A stretch of DNA of 64,000 bases, from assembly GCF_964355755.1 (NCBI RefSeq), contig NC_092678.1, positions 4,666,422 to 4,730,421 on the forward strand, read 5' to 3'. Below the pieces are notes generated by a model that saw only the letters and a list, made by a program, of their open reading frames with translations, had not been told where the DNA came from and did not search any database. The first letter of the stretch is position 1, and each line of letters starts with the position of its first letter. The position numbers and the translations under genes are program-made. This stretch comes from Antedon mediterranea. Taxonomy: Eukaryota; Animalia; Echinodermata. Shown here one piece after another: positions 40,731 through 55,100 of this stretch.

Positions 40731-41901
40731 TCAAGTCACGCTGCGTTTAGATTTTCAGTTTTTTAAAGTTACAAAATCTAAATTTACAAAAGAAAAAAAA
40801 TTATCTTTAATCTCTGGAAAGACAAAAATACATTGATTACCCCTAAAAAGAATAGTTATTGTTAATGTACCGTACATGTGTCACTGTGGCTTAAGAATTA
40901 CTGGAAAAATAGATTTACTTAAAATCTAAATAATGTTTAAATAGGCCTAAAAGTAATTTGGTAAATTTGGACCTCAAGATGATCACTACAAAACTAAGGA
41001 ATATCACTACCATATTTAGGCACATTACACTTTTTTTCTCAAACTAGTTTGATAATGTAGTAGAGTAATTCTCTCTATTTTGGTACGATGACCGAATATT
41101 GATAATTATTCGCCTCTTGGATTATGGTGGTCAAAATGCCGTCTACATTTTCCACCATTTCATTCGATATAAAACTTTTATAATAAGATATCAAATATCT
41201 GAAATTGTATTGGGAAACGTGTCCTTGTTGGCTTAGGCCCTTACATGTCAACGATAACCGCCGATGAAGACGGGAGACCAAACAGAGTGAATCCCAAAAC
41301 AAGCAATAGGCCTAGCTACTGGTAGTGTAGACTATTAGTAATAGAGGTGGTTAGAGGCTTCAATATATTCTTAATTCGATTCAGGGAGTGAATATAGACT
41401 ATTAAAATTAAAAAGTGGATTATTTAGATTAAAATAATTTATCAAAATGTACAAAATGATGTTCTGCTACTTACCCACACTGCAAAACCCGTTCCGCTAA
41501 ACCGGTGAAGACGTACAGGTGCACGTCACGCGGCCATTCAAAAACTGAATTGTTATAAACGATTTCATTGGATCCTTCGCTAATATATGCAACTATCTTA
41601 ATTGTGCGGCATATTTGTTTGCAAGGTTCGAGTGTGTGTTGTGTTTTTAAGGAACGGCCATTTTATATATTATCCATTACCACTTACTTCATCTTCAACT
41701 AATTAGTCCTATTAGAGGCGCCTAAATCCCATGGAAATCTCTTAATACGCTGGCTTATTTTATCTATTTATTTGTTTGATAAAACAATCAAATAGTAGAT
41801 TTATTGTGGAAAGCAATGACAATAATACTTACAGTTTTACCAAATAATATTTTACATTAATGTAAAAGAAAGAAAGATTAGTATCCCAGAGATGTAATTG
41901 T

Positions 41902-42261
41902 AGTTTTGCGTCAGGGAGTTAAAGAGGAGTTAAGTGATAAGATGTTTTGCCCTACTCTGACGTAATTTGTACTACCTTATACTAAGTACATTTGAGAATA
42001 CTTGTGAAAAAAATCGCTAGTAGTTCTCGGGTGGGGCTCGAACCCACGACCTCCAGATCACAAGCCTGGCGTTCATACCTCTAGACCACCGAGATTGCGC
42101 TGATGGCTAGTGGTTAGATTCGAGCCCAAGTCATCAGCGGGTACTGCACCAACAGGATTGTATGCAGTTGTGCGTCAGGGAGTTGAGTGATTAGATGTTT
42201 TGCCCTGCTCTGACGTAATTTGTACTTTATACTAAGTACATTTGAGAATACTTGATGAAAA
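41902..42261. mobile_element. ~100-bp direct repeats enclosing a tRNA-like gene and a hairpin
   Basis: DR1 41902-42010 and DR2 42166-42261 are nearly identical apart from small indels. Confidence 0.7.
42023..42095 (-). tRNA. tRNA-like cloverleaf with TGT (Thr) anticodon; probably a tRNA-derived element head rather than a decoding tRNA
   Basis: Acceptor stem TCTCGG/CCGAGA (1:72 mismatch), anticodon arm CCAGG-CTTGTGA-TCTGG, T arm GTGGG-TTCGAGC-CCCAC, T7 terminator ~10 nt downstream. D stem is imperfect. Confidence 0.5.
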
Positions 42262-44889
42262 TATAAAAAAACCATGAAATAAACAAAAATGTAAATTAAA
42301 AAAACACACAAACACGCAAATAAAACGTCGTGAATGTCGTGTTTCCGCTAAATGTCAAATATCAACGAAAAATACACCAACAATGTTTGTGTCCGAGCGC
42401 ATCATCTAATTTTGACTACTTTTTGTGTTGAGTCATAATCATTGTTATTATTCCAATACTTCACATCTTAATTCGATAACTTAACAATTCATTTTATCAT
42501 TAAAATTTTGTAATCTCTGCCGACTGATTGACAGAAGTCTGTCCCGCTCATGCACGTTGTCACTTTCTGAGGCACACCCCAAATCCAATATTGCTTTCAT
42601 TTTGTACATTACAGATATTTCAAAGTAAAGGAATACTCTGTGTATAACAAAATCAATGGCCGTAAGTAGTTCCGAATTGTATTGATTGACTGTTTGTTTG
42701 TTAAAAAAACACAATTTTTCAGGGGCCGGGAAGCGATTTTTTATTTCGTATAATACAGAAGTTAGGGCCCCTTCCTTATGTGAAAGATAGTTAAGTTCCT
42801 AAATATAACTAAACCTAACCCTCTAAATAATCTCTCTGTCACTATAAAGTAAAAAGAACTTGCTCATCGGATTCAAACCCGATACATTGACATGTAAAGT
42901 CCATAGCCTAACCAGCTCGACAGAAAACCTTTGTATTAGCGAATTGTTAGCTCATTTCTAACGTAGCTTATGGACATGATTAATGAATATTCATGTTTAT
43001 TTTGTGACGTCTCATAAGGGGTCCCCATCTTATGTACGAAAAGAAATATTGTGGGCGGGAAAAGTACGCTTTTATTATAGTTAATAATCATGCCATACGA
43101 ATTATTATTAAGGTAGACAAACCGTGCGGAGCACGAGTTTCTGGTAGACCACACTTTAATTACAAAAGTTGCAAGTACGTAACAAATCTCCCATACAAAA
43201 AAAATTGCAAAATATTGAAACCAGTGAAATAAAAATAAATGTAAATGAATAAACTTAATTCGTGTTTCCGCAGCAATGTGTTTTTCATTCGATTTTTATC
43301 CACATTTTTTTATCTCTACGTATTAAATAATTAATACACCACGAAAAACATCAAAACTAATATAGTTTGGCATTTTTATACTTTCGTTATTGTGTTTGCG
43401 TAAAGTCAAAGTTCCATATAAACTGTACTATTGCTTTAATTTTTCAGCCTACATATTGAAGTGAAGGAATAGTGTATAACAAACCAATGGCCGTAAATAC
43501 AGTAGTAATTTATAAATACTTTGACACCCAAATTAAAAAAATTAAATTTTAGTCTTTAAAACTGAGTTGGATCAAGAGGCTTTATAGCCCTGGGAAATGG
43601 AAATTCATGTATCCAATTGAATGTACAGTTAAAATTACTAAAACTAGATGGCACGCTCGCGTACCATCTAGGTCGTGCCCACAGATGGTTCTCGAATACA
43701 CAGTATTTCCAGCGAGAAAAAAATGGAGATTTCAAATGTACGTACCGCAGGACTATAATACATTGTCGTTTACAGAAACGAATAAATATACACAATGATT
43801 TATGAAGTCAACCAAAATTAGCACCCTGGGAATTACTTCCGAGAGAGAAACAAAATGAGTCAAATTTTTTTATTTGGACTCATTTAAACAAACCCAATTT
43901 GTGTTTTGTATGTAACATTAAGGGTTGAGGGATGGGGAAGAAGATAGGTACAAAGAGGAAACATTTTAAAATATATTCTTATCCACTCAGTAACGAAATA
44001 TTGTTTTTAATGTTTTATAGGCCTATAAATAATATACCACTAAATCTATACCTCTATGGTTAAACCAAATAATTTGGAATGTTTATTTGTATATTATATG
44101 TTTATAATCTAACAGTAGGGCCTACCCACACTCACAGTAATAAAGTTTATTTGTATATATTTTTATATTACATCTAACAGTACCAACACTCACAGTAAGA
44201 AATTTGCGATTCAAATTGCGATCAAAAGTGGTTAATACCTTAACAGTATTGTACAGCATTGCAATACTATTTATGTTTATTCTCCAAGGGGGCCCATAAA
44301 TCTAAATCTATACCTGTATGGTTAAACCAAATAATTTGGAATGTTCCATTCATCACAAATCAATACATTTGTAAAAACTTATATTAAATGTATCAAAATA
44401 GTATTTTTTAAAGAAAATCGGCCTGTCTTCAACATTATGATGCTGTACTCGAACTGTTCAACCGGTTTTCAGCTATTAAAAACAATTATCGTAGGAGGAG
44501 ATAGGAAAATGCGAAGCCTCCTCGCATTTTTGTGGCGGGTATTTTTCAAGATGGACATCCATTAGACAGTGTATACCACGATCGGAAAACACCCCTATTT
44601 GGGGCAAATCGTTGAACCTAAATTCGTTTTAATCGTCAATAACTAATTATCTAACTTAATTTAATTAGTAAACAGGGTTACATCAGGTGGTTAAAATCAG
44701 TACCGAAAGTACGAACCAACTTTATATACCATCGAGTAAAAATTCTAGAAGTAAGGCGCGATTTACCGAATTTTGCCCTTACGTAAATTTATATATAGAT
44801 GAATAAAGAAAATCATACAATTTTAAAAGACATGTCAATATTTTATCTACAATTATTAAATGTGGCTGTGATAACATTATAAGTTCAGA

Positions 44890-45165
44890 ACCACTAATTG
44901 CAAATGAAATCAAATCTCAACAGCTATGGGAAAAAAAATATATAACTCTGCAAGGTAATTCAATGTATCTTAGCAATTGGTTAAATTTGGGATTCCGAAA
45001 AATAAACGATATCATTATTAATAATGAACTGATAACATACCAAGAGTTGCTTCCCAAGTTAAGTCATAAAGAAAATGATTTCATAGAATATTTTTCAATT
45101 ATCAATGCGATACCAAATAAATGGAAAAAAATAGTAACATCACCAATATTGTTGAAAAGGTAAAA
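44890..45165 (+). mobile_element. L1/Tx1-type LINE ORF2 fragment
   Basis: W...GFRKINDI and FIEYFSIINAIPNKWK resemble the post-RT region of Tx1/L1 ORF2. Confidence 0.45.
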
Positions 45166-47017
45166 TGATAAGTATGTAGATATACGTTTATTGAGCAAAG
45201 CAAAGTGGGAATTTAATTTAAGGCGTTGATGTATAAAGTTATTTAAAGTCTTTTTTAGTATAGATATATACTTTTTTTTAAAGTTTACATCCGGGTATGA
45301 AGTGTCTCACATACACACAGAACCAAAATACTATTTTGGACTTGCACACTCTATAGACTCTAACCTTACGGTTCTCATTAAATAGATCATTCCATGCTAT
45401 CCATTCTAAATATCTTATTTTCAAACTTTTTCATTCTTCATACTCATGTCATTCTTTTTTGTCTTGGTGAAAAGGAAGAGTATTTTATATTCCTCCCCTG
45501 AGTTTATAGCCTCTCTACCCGAACACGAACATTATAGAATAATAAAAACTGTCAAAAGTACGTTTTTAATCAATTTTTATCGTCTTTTTATTGCCATTTT
45601 GTTTATATAATTAAATTATTTTTAATATGATTTTACAAACATCAAAATCAATCATTTTATGTATATACAGCAAGTGTTTACTTTTAACGTTGTAACATAT
45701 AAACGAGAGGAAAAAATATGCTTAAAAAATATAATATTTATAACAGAGTATGATAATAAAATTGGGACGAACCCACACAAGACAAAAAAAAAAGGATTTT
45801 ATAGAGAATACATGCAAATTGGTTTAACAATGCCTCTCCTTAGTCCATATCCACCAGAAGTTTCCCTGCCTGTTTGAAGCTAATGTTTTAAATGAACAAT
45901 AACACACTTGATATAAGCTGTGAAGAACAAATATTGAAAACAGACGTTATTAAGCATTTGTAGTTAGCTCTTCTGTATGATGTAGGCTATACATGTTTCT
46001 AAATCTATTTGTTATAACTTTTAATATGGTAAGTATGGAACAATACCAGACCATATTCTACATTTAGTTTTCCTGATCTTGGTGGAGCAACGACTTCATT
46101 ACAAACTGTAAACTCACTTGATTGGCTAAGCTTTCTTTATACCGTCCTCTTTCTTGTGGCCTCTTCTGCTGCATCATGGTTATTTGTAAATATTTTTCTG
46201 TGGCACCAATTCTCCTTTGCTGTCCTAGAGGTCTGAGCTTCTGCTTGTTAGATCTACCATAAACTTATCAACATCCACCTTAGTCACTCTACAATGTAAG
46301 ATCATGTTCACCATTGAAAAAACAATGAAGTTATATTAAGCAATGACATTAGTGTGATCTCGAAATAGGCTTAAATAGCAAAAGGATTAAAAGATAAATG
46401 GTATTTATGTTAAACCTACCTTCACTATCTTTTGGGTTTTTAACATGTTTATTACTAATTGCTTTTGTTGGAATAAATCACATCAACCAATTGCTTGACC
46501 TGGGTAAATTACCACCTTCAAGATGACTCCATACCTACACAAAATCAAATGAATAAAATTAGAAACATGACAAAGAAAAACACACTAATTACATGGACAC
46601 TACACAACGTGCAAGGGAAGATTTAAGCATTTGATTTGGAGATGTTAGATAGACCTGTCCTCTCATACTACAATATTAATTTATGTAGATACTTTGTGCA
46701 AATATTTGTTTAATAAGTAATGTTTTAAGTACCTCACTTAGTTCAGGAAAGTCATCCTGTAAACAGAATCGACACTGCCACAGACTAGTATCATCTTTAC
46801 GCACTGGGTTGGCAATGTCGACAGGCTATTTTTTTTACTTGCCCTAGCACCAATTTTCCTGCAAACAATAAAATGACATTCTTTCTTAAAATTTCATCAG
46901 TGATATTTTTCATTAATGCTTTGTTTTTTATTTTAATTGCATATCCTTTAGTCCATTATTATACTACATATTTACATTGTGCATAGATTAATTATTCCCA
47001 TATTTTAACATAGCAAT

Positions 47018-48950
47018 ATGGCAGAGATGGATGATATGATACAAGCATTAACGACAGCACTCCAAGGCCTAAAAGCGAAGTCCACCACTGGTTAAACTAA
47101 GTTTAAGGGTTGTGCAAGAGAGATTGGAGAGCTATCCTTGAAAGAAAGGAGAGATGACTTTAATAATTTTGCTACCCACTACAATCTTACTGGAGAAGTC
47201 AAAGCCTACTCGCTGTTAGCCCAGCTAGGCAGAGCGGCGAAAGATGAGATCTTCTGCTATGGTGATGATGTTAAGAAGGGTAGTACAAAGATTGTTAGAG
47301 AAACTTGAGGCGCAGTAATTTTCATAGTCGATCACAGCTGTATGAAGAATCGTTAGCTGATTACAGTAGGATGCCGATGAGAGACTGGTCAAGGCGGCAA
47401 CGTCAGATATTGAGAAAGCGGCATTGGAAAGATTTACAAGAGGGGTAAAGGAACCATGGGTCCAAAGGGAATTGCGCAGAATCGAGATGGCATGTAAAGA
47501 TAAGTCATTCCAAGAGATGAGAGAGCAGAGTTACGCGAACATTGGCATTACTGTACTCCAGATGTTATTAGCCAGAAGCCAAGGCCGATGTCAATGGCCA
47601 CACAAAGAGATGTTTTCGGTGTGCTGTGAGTAAATCACAAACCTCTAAAATTAGACCACCACTACGTCATCTTCTCGCTTTCAAACCTAAAGCTCGACAG
47701 AGGAATAGGAAGGTTCAAAGATGTCTTTGTAATGACAGATGCCTATTCAAAGTTTGCTGCTACTGTCGCTTGCAAAGACCAGTGCGCAAAAGGGGTAGAG
47801 AGAGCTCTGAGAGATCATTGGTTTGCTTGCTATGAGGTGCCCGATCGAATTCATTCAGATCAGAGTAAAAACTTTGGCTTTGTGCAAACTTTATAACATA
47901 ACAAAATCCAGAACTTCAGGTTACCACCCAGTAGGGAACGGGAAAACTTAACAAGACATCGTGCAGCTTATTGAGAGCTATGAAACCAGCAGAGCGAAGA
48001 CGATGGTCTAAAATGCTAGGACATGTAGTAGTTATCTATAATACCACCCAAGATACGGTGAACGGTGTTACGCCTTACTTATTGATGATGGGGAGAGAAC
48101 CAAAATTGCCCATTGAACTTTTCCTAGATAATGCAAGCTCAATTTGGGATGCGGATGCGGATAAGGAAGAAAGACGTCATCCACCAACAAATTCTGAACG
48201 GTTTAAAATTGGTGAGCGAGTTCTAATTCGCAGAGAACACTTTGATGGTCGACATAAACTGGTTGATAAATATTCGGAAACGTCATACATTGTAACTGTA
48301 TACAACAAGAAGGTGTTTACCAACTTAGGCAAAGCAACGAAGGTGCTACTAAATGGGTTAATAGAAGAAGAATAATTAGAGATCCGAGAGACTTAGCAGT
48401 CGAAGTACCCAAAGAACAAGAGACAGAAGTTGTGAGGTAATTTCCCGATTGATCGTAATCAAAACGGTACTGGGTATGGTCTACTAGCTTTTCTGCTCCC
48501 AACCAGTACATCCATTCATAGAAGCCTTGATGAAGTAAGACTACCTGGTGGTGACCATAGAACGGTCCCGAGATAACGACTATACTTCAGCTTTAGTCGA
48601 TAGAAGATGGAAATATTGTTAGAGATAGAGTATATGATGTTTGATTATGTGTAGATATGTGATTTGTTCTATTATCCAAATGATGTTCCGTATATAGGAG
48701 ATGAAGATAGTAGTTGGGTGTAATGATTTTGTTTATCAAATAATTATCCTAGACTGTATATTATGCGATAAATAATATTTTATATATATTTTTTTTAATA
48801 TTTATTGTTATGATTATAATATTAATTAAAATATATTTGTTAGTATAAATTAAAAAATATAAAATATAGATATAAAGAAGAAAAGCAAAGAGATTATGGA
48901 GCGGCTATTCCTGAATATACAATAATAAGTATCGTAAGTTTAATTTATAA
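47018..48950 (+). mobile_element. Heavily decayed Ty3/Gypsy element (gag remnant, integrase, probable 3' LTR from ~48719)
   Basis: VMTDAYSKF, PDRIHSDQ, SRTSGYHPVGNG, YNTT...GVTPYLLMMGREPKLP. A purine-rich tract precedes TGTAATG. Confidence 0.75.
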
Positions 48951-50443
48951 ATTTTAGGCGATCTTGTCAAAGGTCAAGCGCCATAGCCTGCCACGTTTCG
49001 ATATTCAATATTGAACTTGACCTGTAAACGTAAAACTTTAAATGACAATGAAACAACGCTTTTATTCTCGAAATCTTTTACTTTATAATATTTTTTTATG
49101 GTGATTTGGGAAATTATCTTAAATACAAATACATTTTGCTTCAACAACATCAAAGAACAAAACCAGTAACACATTATTTCACATGCACCAAAAAATAAAC
49201 AAAAACACAATTACAACTACATAAACCTCATTAAATTTAGAATTAATTAGGAATAAGTTCATTAGCATTCTTTTTATTTTGTTATAAGCAAAAAGCTAAA
49301 GAAAAAAGCAAGTGATAGTTATTACAGAATACTCAGTTTCTCTTCAACAATAAATTACTATCCCAATTGGTAATTAAATCTTTTACATCAGAGTAACTAT
49401 TAAAACCAGGAACACATTAAAAACTTCACATGCACCAATAAAATAAACAAAAACACAATTACACCTACATAAACTCATTAAAATTTAGTATCAATTAGGA
49501 ATAAAATGTGTTACCATTAATTTTATTTTGTATTTTGCTATTATAAGTGTATAGCTATAAAGGTAGAAAAGAAAAGTGATAGTGATATTACAAAATACAC
49601 AGTTTCTCTTTATCAATAAATTACTAATCTAATTGGTCATTGAATCATATAAATCAGAGTATTCTAGAAAATGTGATTTTATTGTAGAGTATTACTATCA
49701 CTGAGGCATTACTTTATTTGGTATTATCATCAGCAACACAGTTTGCCTATCTCTAACCATAGAGCACTGATAAAAAAAATTTATCTCTACTGTTGGTCAA
49801 GTTTTGTTATCAAATCACTGAAAACTGAAAAAAAAGGCGTTCTACTGATCTAGATCTAGACAACTTTTATCATGGGTAAGTTTGAGCATTTATAATTAGT
49901 TATAATACTATAATGTAAAATTGGTCTAACATCATACAATATTTAGTTTTAACATTTTTAATGATTTATAGCTATTATTTGTCTAGTGTAATCTACCATT
50001 ATCAATTTGTTCTTTTGACAATTTTAGGAAAGCTTTTGTAGATAAAAACAATTCTGTTATATTTAATTGTTGTAAAAAGCTTTGTTATTTTTAGTTGACA
50101 AAAAATTATACAATATCCAAAGCTATGCTACTGAATTAATCACCAAAAATCAAAGTACCCCATGCTTTTTTACATTTTGTTAATGAAGATATGTATCAAT
50201 GGGATATGTGACGTCAACCAAAATGTCACTTGCATAATCTCAGATGTATGCATTACCAATGATACAAGAAGAGGTTACTAACAATACAAGAAGAAAGTAG
50301 TGCATTTTTAGAGAATAGGTTGTCACAAAAATGAAAAAAGAAGAATATTAATAAAAACAATAGTTGATATACTGTGAGAGCATATAGCACCAAAAAATGA
50401 TTTTTTAATAATTTTTATAAATTATACAATTTGTTTTACAGAT

Positions 50444-51433
50444 ATGCAAAATGCAACATATTTTAGTTTTGAATTTGACTTTGACTTCCCATGGACCTAC
50501 CAGAGTTCATGGGATGTTTACTACCCTCCATGGAAGTTCCCCAAGTACTATGAATTCTTTAACCTGACAATAAGTCCAATGAGTAGTTGGTTCACATATA
50601 TCATTATGGCTGCAGGAATAATGGAAAACCTGTTGGTTATTTTGGTTGTCTGCTGCAATCATCAACTAAGAAAGAAATCTAATGTTTTGATTGTAAACTT
50701 GGCCGTTGCTGACATACTAAGTTGTCTTGTTACTTTAATTTTTATATCATTATATGATGATTCCCCTATAAATGGTTCAATTGTAATTATGGGGATAATT
50801 TTCATGAATTGTTCACTATTGTTTGTTTTTATTGTGAGTATGGAACGTTTTCTAGTTATTTCTGTTCCAATAAAATTTCAAAACTTTGTTTCTAAAAAGA
50901 AATTAGCAATAGTATGTACTTTTATGTGGATTTTAATAATAGGCTTAGTAATCTATTTTTTCATTGCATCTTTCTACACTTTTTTTTACATTCCTGTGCT
51001 CATTTTGAGTTTGACATTGACCATCAGTGTTGGATTTGTTTATATTTCTATGTATATTATTTTAAAACGTAAAACTAATCAAATCAAATCAGCTTCTGCT
51101 AGATCTGCTAAAAAGGACAGATTACGATCAGTTTTTATCACATTTAGTATTCTACTTTTTTCACTGTTTTTCTGTTTACTCCCAACCCAGTTATTGACAA
51201 TATGCTTTCTTAAGTCAAACTTTTGTGACTCATTTACTGAGTCTTTTTATCAGATTTTTTTACCGCTTCTGATGATGAATTCTGCTTTAAATCCAATTGT
51301 ATATTGGTGGCGTATTCCAGAATTAAGAAACGGATTTAAGCGCATGATATGCTGCTTCGCTTCTAATCCTGAACCTCAAATAAGAAACATTCACAGAGGT
51401 CAAAGACGTAATGAAAATGAACAAAGAGTGTAA
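50444..51433 (+). CDS. Single-coding-exon rhodopsin-class (class A) orphan GPCR, 329 aa
   Basis: Seven hydrophobic segments with GIMENLLV (TM1), NLAVAD (TM2), SMERF (DRY variant), CLLP (TM6) and NSALNPIVY (TM7). Acceptor ttacag lies just upstream of the ATG, with a probable 5'UTR exon donor at ~49876. Confidence 0.92.
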   Translation: MQNATYFSFEFDFDFPWTYQSSWDVYYPPWKFPKYYEFFNLTISPMSSWFTYIIMAAGIMENLLVILVVCCNHQLRKKSNVLIVNLAVADILSCLVTLIFISLYDDSPINGSIVIMGIIFMNCSLLFVFIVSMERFLVISVPIKFQNFVSKKKLAIVCTFMWILIIGLVIYFFIASFYTFFYIPVLILSLTLTISVGFVYISMYIILKRKTNQIKSASARSAKKDRLRSVFITFSILLFSLFFCLLPTQLLTICFLKSNFCDSFTESFYQIFLPLLMMNSALNPIVYWWRIPELRNGFKRMICCFASNPEPQIRNIHRGQRRNENEQRV

Positions 51434-52147
51434 TAGACTAGAAATAAAACCAAAGTCACTAAATGAAAAAATTGATAAGATAACAACTGTAAACGTAAAA
51501 CATTAAATGACAATTAAACAACGCTTTTATCAACGAAATCTTTTACTTTATAATACATACTAATAATTTAAAGCCTGACTGTAAATTTTTAAACAAATTG
51601 TTGCATATTAATAAATGGTAGCCATGAGTAAATAAATTAAAAATAATGTATTAGTGTCAGTGTCATTAAGGCTTTTGAACTTGAATTAGAAATTACAACA
51701 TGTTACAATCTTTCAATACTTTTATTTAAATCATTTTATAAAAATCATATAGTATAAACAACAAATAAAACTTGTTCACAAATGCCAGATTACAGTTGTT
51801 GTATTAGTTTAAGCTTTTTTAGTTTTTAAAAAATCTTATCCCATATCATAATTAGCAAGTACATTAGAAGTACATAAATCTACTTTTTTTAATTTATGTT
51901 TTGATGGATGAATAAAGAATATTTCACTCTATTTAATAAATATGTATTTTTTATTAAGGGTACCTTACACTGACATTTTTGTGCCATGAGAAGAAAATGG
52001 AACTGGGAGGCCTCTGTGAAAAAGTGGTCAAGCTGAAACATTATCAACCGTACTGGTTGCTACGGCCTTGCATTGAGAGCTATTTCATGCAAACTAATGC
52101 TAAAGTACATTTTCAATGTTTAACAATTCAAGATATGAATTCAACAT

Positions 52148-55100
52148 TGTACATATTACAGTACACAGTACATTACTGTTATGTATCAATATTACTATAC
52201 ATCTTACAGTACACAGTACATTACTGTTATGTATCAATATTACTATACATCTTACAGTACACTGTACATTACTGTTATGTATCAATATTACTATACATCT
52301 TACAGTACACTGTACATTACTGTTATGTATCAATATTACTATACATCTTACAGTACACTGTACATTACTGTTATGTATCAATATTACTATACATCTTACA
52401 GTACACAGTACATTACTGTTATGTATCAAAATTACTATACATATTACAGTACACTGTACATTACTGTTATGTATCAATATTACTATACATCTTACAGTAC
52501 ACTGTACATTACTGTTATGTATCAATATTACTATACATATTACAGTACACAGTACATTACTGTTATGTATCAATATTACTATACATATTACAGTACACTG
52601 TACATTGCTGTTATGTATCAATATTACTATACATCTTACAGTACACAGTACATTACTGTTATGTATCAATATTACTATACATCTTACAGTACACAGTACA
52701 TTACTGTTATGTATCAATATTACTATACATCTTACAGTACACTGTACATTGCTGTTATGTATCAATATTACTATACATCTTACAGTACACTGTACATTGC
52801 TGTTATGTATCAATATTACTATACATCTTACAGTACACAGTACATTACTGTTATGTATCAATATTACTATACATATTACAGTACACTGTACATTACTGTT
52901 ATGTATCAATATTACTATACATCTTACAGTACACTGTACATTACTGTTATGTATCAATATTACTATACATCTTACAGTACACTGTACATTACTGTTATGT
53001 ATCAATATTACTATACATCTTACAGTACACTGTACATTGCTGTTATGTATCAATATTACTATACATCTTACAGTACACAGTACATTACTGTTATGTATCA
53101 ATATTACTATACATCTTACAGTACACTGTACATTACTGTTATGTATCAATATTACTATACATATTACAGTACACTGTACATTACTGTTATGTATCAATAT
53201 TACTATACATCTTACAGTACACTGTACATTACTGTTATGTATCAATATTACTATACATCTTACAGTACACAGTACATTACTGTTATGTATCAATATTACT
53301 ATACATCTTACAGTACACTGTACATTGCTGTTATGTATCAATATTACTATACATCTTACAGTACACAGTACATTACTGTTATGTATCAATATTACTATAC
53401 ATCTTACAGTACACTGTACATTGCTGTTATGTATCAATATTACTATACATCTTACAGTACACAGTACATTACTGTTATGTATCAATATTACTATACATAT
53501 TACAGTACACTGTACATTTCTGTTATGTATCAATATTACTATACATCTTACAGTACACTGTACATTACTGTTATGTATCAATATTACTATACATCTTACA
53601 GTACACTGTACATTACTGTTATGTATCAATATTACTATACATCTTACAGTACACTGTACATTACTGTTATGTATCAATATTACTATACATCTTACAGTAC
53701 ACAGTACATTACTGTTATGTATCAAAATTACTATACATATTACAGTACACTGTACATTACTGTTATGTATCAATATTACTATACATCTTACAGTACACTG
53801 TACATTACTGTTATGTATCAATATTACTATACATATTACAGTACACAGTACATTACTGTTATGTATCAATATTACTATACATATTACAGTACACTGTACA
53901 TTGCTGTTATGTATCAATATTACTATACATCTTACAGTACACAGTACATTACTGTTATGTATCAATATTACTATACATCTTACAGTACACAGTACATTAC
54001 TGTTATGTATCAATATTACTATACATCTTACAGTACACTGTACATTGCTGTTATGTATCAATATTACTATACATCTTACAGTACACTGTACATTGCTGTT
54101 ATGTATCAATATTACTATACATCTTACAGTACACAGTACATTACTGTTATGTATCAATATTACTATACATATTACAGTACACTGTACATTACTGTTATGT
54201 ATCAATATTACTATACATCTTACAGTACACTGTACATTACTGTTATGTATCAATATTACTATACATCTTACAGTACACTGTACATTACTGTTATGTATCA
54301 ATATTACTATACATCTTACAGTACACTGTACATTGCTGTTATGTATCAATATTACTATACATCTTACAGTACACAGTACATTACTGTTATGTATCAATAT
54401 TACTATACATCTTACAGTACACTGTACATTACTGTTATGTATCAATATTACTATACATATTACAGTACACTGTACATTACTGTTATGTATCAATATTACT
54501 ATACATCTTACAGTACACTGTACATTACTGTTATGTATCAATATTACTATACATCTTACAGTACACAGTACATTACTGTTATGTATCAATATTACTATAC
54601 ATCTTACAGTACACTGTACATTGCTGTTATGTATCAATATTACTATACATCTTACAGTACACAGTACATTACTGTTATGTATCAATATTACTATACATCT
54701 TACAGTACACTGTACATTGCTGTTATGTATCAATATTACTATACATCTTACAGTACACAGTACATTACTGTTATGTATCAATATTACTATACATATTACA
54801 GTACACTGTACATTTCTGTTATGTATCAATATTACTATACATCTTACAGTACACTGTACATTACTGTTATGTATCAATATTACTATACATCTTACAGTAC
54901 ACTGTACATTACTGTTATGTATCAATATTACTATACATATTACAGTACACTGTACATTGCTGTTATGTATCAATATTACTATACATCTTACAGTACACAG
55001 TACATTACTGTTATGTATCAATATTACTATACATCTTACAGTACACTGTACATTACTGTTATGTATCAATATTACTATACATCTTACAGTACACTGTACA

